Positions 56,958-64,000 of a stretch of DNA of 64,000 nucleotides are shown in pieces (the stretch's first letter is position 1; every line of letters begins with the position of its first letter). The stretch lies in the NCBI RefSeq assembly GCF_009914755.1, contig NC_060936.1; one strand, given 5' to 3'. This DNA is from the human T2T-CHM13v2.0 reference genome, Homo sapiens. The notes under the pieces are model-generated. The model was given only the letters and a program-made list of their open reading frames with translations. It ran no database searches and was not told the DNA's origin. Both the position numbers and the translations under genes were made by a program.

Positions 56958-59026
56958 TTATTTGAATGAAATAAATAAATTATTTTAATTTCATTTTCCT
57001 TGAACTTTTTAAAATCCCTTTATATAATCTACGTTTTCTTTAAGTTCTGAAATTTGATGTGGATTTTCCCATGAAAATCCATTACATTTGTTTTGTACCT
57101 TTACTACAGTGTCAAGCACACTCTCTCCCGCAACAATTACAAAGTACAAAAAAAAACACAATAAATGTTTGCTGTTTTATGGTGAATAACTTCACTTTAG
57201 GGTGAATAGCTTCTAGAATGCCAATTAAGGTTCTTAAAAGAATCAAGTCTAATATCGCCTCTGTGTATTCATAAATGTTGCATTGGTTTAAGCCACAAAA
57301 TTATGAGAGAAGAGACTGTTCATTGGTTTGTTCATTTATAGCAGGTTGATGGTGAAATACATAGTTCTGTCTTAATGCCGCAATATATTGATATGAACAC
57401 ACATATTGCCTATCTCTTCACCCATGCATTTGAACAATCATAGATCAAATGGCATCTAATCCATGAATCGCTCTCCCTCTCCCCTACATGGTCCTTTTGA
57501 AGCCAGTGTAAGGTAGACCTGTTTCTGCGTGACTTTTGAGTTCCATTTCAACAGCCCTGCTTGAAAATCCAGTTACTATGGTGATATGTACCACTGCAAA
57601 TAATCTCCTCCTCAACAACTGAAGTTATACCCTACTCAGTAAAAGTGGTATCTACGGCTTAATGGTTTAGCAAAAGGCTGACAGATCTATGGTCTTATTT
57701 CCAACTGAGAGATTTTTAATAAGTAGTTTGAGCTCCTGGAATCTGAGAAGACTAAACAGCCTCTGTCTAAATTTAGCAGGATCAATCTTAAAGGACATTT
57801 CCTGGACGGATCAAATACTATATTCATCAGAATATGCTGTATCAGCATGCCGCCATTTGACCCTTTTCTGAGGCAGGAGACAAAAACAGACTGTCCCCTG
57901 AGTCTTTCAAAAGAAAAGAAAACTGACATCCAGGGAATGGACACCTCTCCCCAGTGTGATTCTCCTGTCAAAGGCCCCCATCAGTCCAGCCCCAACTCAG
58001 CCAGGTGCTCCCCCAGCAGGTCTCCCACCAGCACTTCGAGGCTGTGGTTTTAGCTCTTACTCTCTAAAAAGGTAGGGCCAGTGGCAGGAGGGCATGTTTT
58101 CTATCACTGCTGAGATGTGATCTTCTTGGCATTCTGGTGGCATTTCCAAATGCATTTTCCTTAAATAAATATTGTTCTAGACAAAGATTAGGTTCAGTAA
58201 CAGCATGTGTCAGAGGCTATACAGGATTGGAGTTGACTTGCACATTAATACCCTCTATGTTCTATTTATATGACAAAACCATAATGCATTCTCAGTTCTG
58301 GACAACTGTCTTAAAGTAGAACTTTTGTAAAACAAATTGTTATATTATATAACTTTGTAAACTGCTAAAATGTGAATACTTCAAAGGATAGAAATGGCCT
58401 CCTTCTTCATATGCATCCAGCCTTCCTAGCATAATAACAGGCATAATGCTTAGTAGTGTTTTGGGTGGTGAATGAGTGGGTAAGACATTAATAAATTTAA
58501 TTCAAAAGTCTTCTGTATGGGAACATTTTAAAATATGTGACATGTATTTATCACAGTTCATCTTCAGCTGTTTTTGGGAGAGATGTTCCCAAAGCCTAGG
58601 TGTAACCACTAGTCAAGCCCTCCCATAAAGGCACTAACAAATAAGGAAAACAAGAAAGCTATGTGTTAATAAAGTGAACCAGTTAAGAATTATTATTACA
58701 ATCTCAGACTGCAAATTAACAGGGTCACAGTCTGCAAATAAGAACATCTGATGACATAAGCAGTAACATCCTAAATTCATATCTGCTCTGGGGTAACTAC
58801 ACAGCTTGAGGCAAAATGCAGCCTGCTGGCAATTCTCCGGTGTGCACCGTTGGTGATAAGGCTGAATCAGCAAATATTTTTATCATTAGATCCTTCTACC
58901 TTGGAGACTATGGTTTTAATTGTGATCTCTATTTGTAATTACTAATCAAAATGTTATGAACCAAATCATTATCTCTTAATAATATGGCACTATATTTTTC
59001 ACTCTGATAAAAGATTTAGTCCTTTG

Positions 59027-59029
<3 letters not shown>

Positions 59030-59065
<36 letters not shown>

Positions 59066-59088
59066 TGTGTCTTTGTGTCTGTGTGTGT
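59030..59088. repeat. (TG)n microsatellite
   Basis: Direct observation. Confidence 0.97.
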
Positions 59089-61565
59089 TTGAGGTTGGCT
59101 ACAAAGTCTCAGTTAACCATGAGTCATTGTTTATTTGAAACCCTTCCTTGATTGCTAAGTTGTAAATAACTCCAGATCAAAATGCTGAGAAACTCATTAC
59201 CTAAGCTCAGTGGACATTTTCCTGCCTCATTTAGAGATGATCACAGTTTCTTTTAATCTAACTTTAAAAAAATGCTACTGAATATCAAATTCATGAATTG
59301 TATTGTTTTCCATCAAATCATTTTGCGGAGCATATTAAAAATAGGGTTCTAAAGCATAGAGTTAACTTGATTTTTCTCCTTCCTTAGATCCCCAAGGAGC
59401 CTACCGTCCTAGTTTTCTTTCTTTTTTCTCTTTGCTGTCTCTTGCTGTGGTTGCTTTTCCTCTAGTTTCATAAATATAAGTGTTACTTAATGCTCTGTCA
59501 TATAGCTCAGTTCTCCACATTTTTCCCTGTGTGATCTCAACAACTTCTCACCTCTTCCACCATAGCACTGTGGACATGACTCCCCAAATCTGCGTCTCTC
59601 ACCCTACGTTCTCTTCTAAGCTCCAGGCCTGCCAGCTATAAATCTTTATTAAAACACTATAAACAATATGTATCTGTTTAATAAAATACTCTGAACAATA
59701 TGTGTCTGTTTCTCCCGTCTTGCCCTCAAACAATCTCCTCCTGATATTTCTTGACATTATAAATACCTCTTTTAGGTGCCATAGCCCCAAATCTCAGAAT
59801 TATTTTTCATTCCTTCCCCTCCTTGTATCCCACATCAAATTAGTTCCATCCTTCGGGTTATTTCTAGAGTTTCCTATTTTTTTCTTCCTGGTCTTTTCTA
59901 GTCCAGCTGTCATAATTTTAATTCCCATCACCTTCCACTTGCTGTATTAATGTGACTGGTCACCGAATTCCTTACTCCAGTTAACCAAACTAGCACTTCC
60001 TAAAGTGACTGATGCGCTTAATATACAACATCATATACAGCATTGAATTTTTAAGTTTTTCCACCGGTTGTAAATATGTGTGTGTGTGTATATGTACATC
60101 TCTATTTAAACCATCTGGCCGTTTAAAGTTTTCATGTCATTTATTCCAATAACTGGAACTTTCATATATTGCTGGTGGGAATGTAAAATAGTATAACCAG
60201 TTTGAAAAACTGCTTCATAGTTTCCTATAAAGTTAGATGTATAACCTACCATATGTCTCTGCCATCCCATTCCTGGTATTTACTCAGGGGAAATGTTTTA
60301 AGTCATTTTGCTAGTCACTGTAAAGCATCAAATTAACCAGTCATTAAACCAGTGTTTTTCAACATATAACAAAGATGCATGCATGCACTTTTGTAATGTT
60401 TCATAGCTTTTAAAATCAAGCATTTTAAAGTTCTTGGAAGAAAAACAGAACTCAGAGAATGGTATGTTTGAGGAAAACAGATCCCATCCCCTCTAATTAC
60501 ATTAAAGAAACAGGCAGGACAATTTTTTAAGTGTACAATACATACAGATTGCTAACCACAGGCACACTGCACGACTGATCTCTAGAACTTATTTTGCCTA
60601 ACTTTATACCCATTGAACAGCAACTGCCTCCTTCACCTTACATCATCCCTTGACAAGCACCATTCTACTTTCCATTTCTATGAGATTGACTATTTTAGAT
60701 ACCCCATATAAGTAGAATCAATCATTATTTTTCCTTCTGTGACTGGCTTATTTCACTTAGCATAATGTCCTTCATGTTCATCCATGTCATAGCATATGGA
60801 TGGATTTCATCCACGTTGTAGCACAGGAAGGATTTTCTTGTCTTTTAAGACTGAATAATATTCCATGTTGTCTTTATCCATTTATCCATTGATGTACTTT
60901 TAGGTTGTTCCCATATCTTGGCTATTGTGAATAATGCTACAATGAGCACGGGAGTCATATATGTCTTTGAGATCTTGATCTCAAGACTTTTAGATATGTA
61001 ACTCGAAGTGGAAGTGCTGCATCATAAGATAATTCTATTTTTAATTTTGCTGTTTCCCGTAAGAACTGCTGCATTTTACCTTCTTTCCAATAGTGCATAC
61101 AAGGTTCCCAGTTTCCCCACAGCCTTGCCAAAACTTATCTTTTTTTTTGGGTGAGGGGGTAATAGCCATCCTAACATCACCTTCATTTTCTAAACAGCTT
61201 TATCGAGGTATAATTTACATACCATAAAATTCAACCATTATAAATACAAAATTCAATAATTTTAGTAAATTTATGTAACTGTGCAACCATTCTAAAATCC
61301 AGTTTTGAACATTTCCGTCACTCCAAAAGTGCCATCATTCTTTATTACAGTTAATCCAAGTCCAAACCCTAGTCCTAGGCAACAACTGATCTGCTTTCTT
61401 TATAAATTTGCCCTTTCTCTACAGCTTATAAAAATGAAATTCCACAATATATAATCTTTTGTATCTGCCTTCTTTCACAGAGCATAATGTTTTTGAGAGT
61501 ACTCCATATTGAAGTGTATAAATGTAGTTCATGCCCTATGCCCTTTAACTTCAGGATATTATTTC

Positions 61566-61875
61566 TTTCTTTCTTTCTTTCTTTTTTTGAGACAGAGTCT
61601 TACTCTGTCACCCAGGCTGGAGTGCAGTGGCGTGATCTCAGCTCACTGCAACCTTCGCCCCCCCAGGTTTAAGCAATTTTCCCTCCTCAGCCTCCAGAGT
61701 AGCTGGGATTAGAGGTGCCCACCACCACCGCGCCTGGCTAATTTTTTGTATTTTTGGTAGAGATGGGGTTTTGCCATGTTGGCCAGCTGGTCTCGAACTC
61801 CTGACCTCAGGTGATCCACCTGCCTCGGCCTCCCAAAGTGCTGGGATTACAGGCGTGAGCCACTGCACCCAGGCG
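61566..61875 (-). mobile_element. Alu (AluSx-like)
   Basis: Alu on - strand; TSD cag(g/a)atattatttc at 61552-61565 and 61876-61889. Confidence 0.95.
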
Positions 61876-62443
61876 CAGAATATTATTTCATCATATGCAT
61901 ATACCTTGTCTGATTTTCTCAGTCACTAGTTAATAAACATTTGGGTTGTTTACAGTCTTCAGTTATTGTAAAGAATATTCCCATGAACATTTCTGTACAG
62001 GTCTCTGTGCAGATGTATGTTTTATTTCTCTTGTGCCTATTCTTAAGAGTGGTTGCCTTCATTTTTGATAAATATTTTTACTAAATAGAAAATTCTAGTT
62101 TGACAGGTTTTTCTTTTCTTTATTTTAATGATGCACTGCAGTCTTCTAGCTTGTGCCCTTTCACAGGAAAACTGCTGCCATTGTTTCTGTCTACATAAAG
62201 TGCCTTTTTTCCTCTGGCTGTTTCTAAGATTCTCTCATTATAATTAGTTTTAAATCATTTGATTATGAAGTATCAGTGTAGTTTTCTTCATGATCCTTGT
62301 GCTTCAGGTTTGGTGACCTTCCTTAAACAGTCAGTTTACCTTTTTATCAAATTTGAACATTTTTGGCCATTATTCTTCAAAATTTTTTGGCCGCATCTGT
62401 CTCTTGCATCTCCTTCATGTACTCAAAATACATGTGTATGTGA

Positions 62444-62813
<370 letters not shown>

Positions 62814-63384
62814 AGTCTGTTCAATTTTTTTTTAGTCCTTTTTCTCTCTGTGTTTTATTTTGGATAGTTTCTGTTGCCATTTCTTAAAGTTCACTAATAT
62901 TTCCTTCTTGAGGATTTAATCTGCCTCTTATTCCATCCATGTATATTTCGTCTCAGACATAGCTTTCATCTATAAAATGTTGAGCCTGTTTTTTATGTCC
63001 CATGTCTCAACATGTGTTAAATCTTTCTGCTAGTTTCTTGAATGTATGAAACACAGAATTCTTTTTAATAGCTTCAGCTACAGATTCATTCATATCTTTC
63101 ATTTCTGGAACAGATTGACTGATTTTTCACCTAATTATGGGCTATATATTTCTGGTTCTTTGCAACCCTGGCAACTTTTAATTGCATGCTAGTCCTTGTA
63201 AATTCTACCTTTTAGAATATTCCATGATGTCAGGGAATACGTTTTTCCTATTTTCCATCTTTGCATCTAGCATAGTTGCTGACTCAGCAAAGACTAAAAT
63301 ATTTGTTGAATAAGGATCCTAAAAGAAAAGAATGAAACTCAGTTATCTATTTTCCTTCTATTTCTACTGGGGCAAAAATTAGTA

Positions 63385-64000
63385 TTTTTTTAATATAATT
63401 TTAACTTTTATTTTAAATTAAGGAGATACATATGCAGGTTTGCTACATGGGTATGTTGCATAATGTTGAGGTTTGAAGTATGAATGATCCCTCCTATCAC
63501 CCAGGTAGTAAGCATAGTACACAATAAGCAGTTTTTCAGTCCTTCTCACCTCCCACCCTCCCCACTCTAGCAGTCTCAAGTGTCTGTTATTCCTATCTTT
63601 ATGTCCATGAGTACCCAGTGTTTAGTTCCCATTTATAAGTGAGAACATGCAGTATCAGGTTTTATGTTCCTGCATTAATTCACTTAGGATAATGGCCTCC
63701 AGCTGCATCCATGTTGCTGCAAAAGACATTATTCCTTTCTTCTATGGCTGTGTAGTATTCCATGGTGTATATGTACATTTTCTTTATCCAATCCACCACC
63801 AGTGGGCACCTGGGTTGACTTCAGGTCTTTGCTATTGTGAATAGCGCTATGAAGAACATAAGAGTGCATCTGTCCTTTTGGTAGAACAATTTATTTTCCT
63901 TTGCATATATACCCACTAATGGGATTGCGGGTGGAATGGTAGTTCTGTTTCAAGTTCTTTAAAAAATGTCCAAAATGCTTTCTGCGGGGGCTGAACTACT
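63385..64000 (-). mobile_element. Old L1PA (L1PA15/16-like) 3' end, continuing out of the window
   Basis: aacttttattttaa...tgcaggtttgctacatgggta...gtgagaacatgcagtat...gctattgtgaatagcgct. Confidence 0.88.

Noticed and set aside
57687-58053. Overlapping short ORFs in unique-looking DNA as a possible exon or processed pseudogene
   Set aside because: No recognisable protein similarity, poly(A)/TSD or convincing splice sites; a BLASTX would be needed

Overview
Primate (human-like) nuclear DNA that is AT-rich and dominated by repeats. I can support no host protein-coding gene, so it looks intergenic or deep-intronic. The central structure is a pair of full-length young L1 elements (L1PA2/L1PA3-like) lying head-to-head about 120 bp apart (22983-29021 on -, 29144-35145 on +), forming a ~12 kb palindrome. 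Each has its own target-site duplication, so they are independent insertions. Yet they share many non-consensus substitutions, including the same ORF2 nonsense mutations, which points to arm-to-arm gene conversion or recurrent inversion. One copy keeps an intact ORF0 and the other an intact ORF1; ORF2 is broken in both. Other notable items: an old NUMT (ND1-tRNAIle-tRNAGln-tRNAMet-ND2) enclosed between the two ends of an Hsmar2 mariner element; a 5S rRNA-L1 chimeric retrocopy; and a ~225 bp locally templated duplication that preserves the empty site of a later LTR insertion. The rest is the usual Alu, old L1, L2, MIR, MaLR, MER and microsatellite content. Subfamily calls and boundaries of old repeats come from recalled consensus sequences and are approximate.
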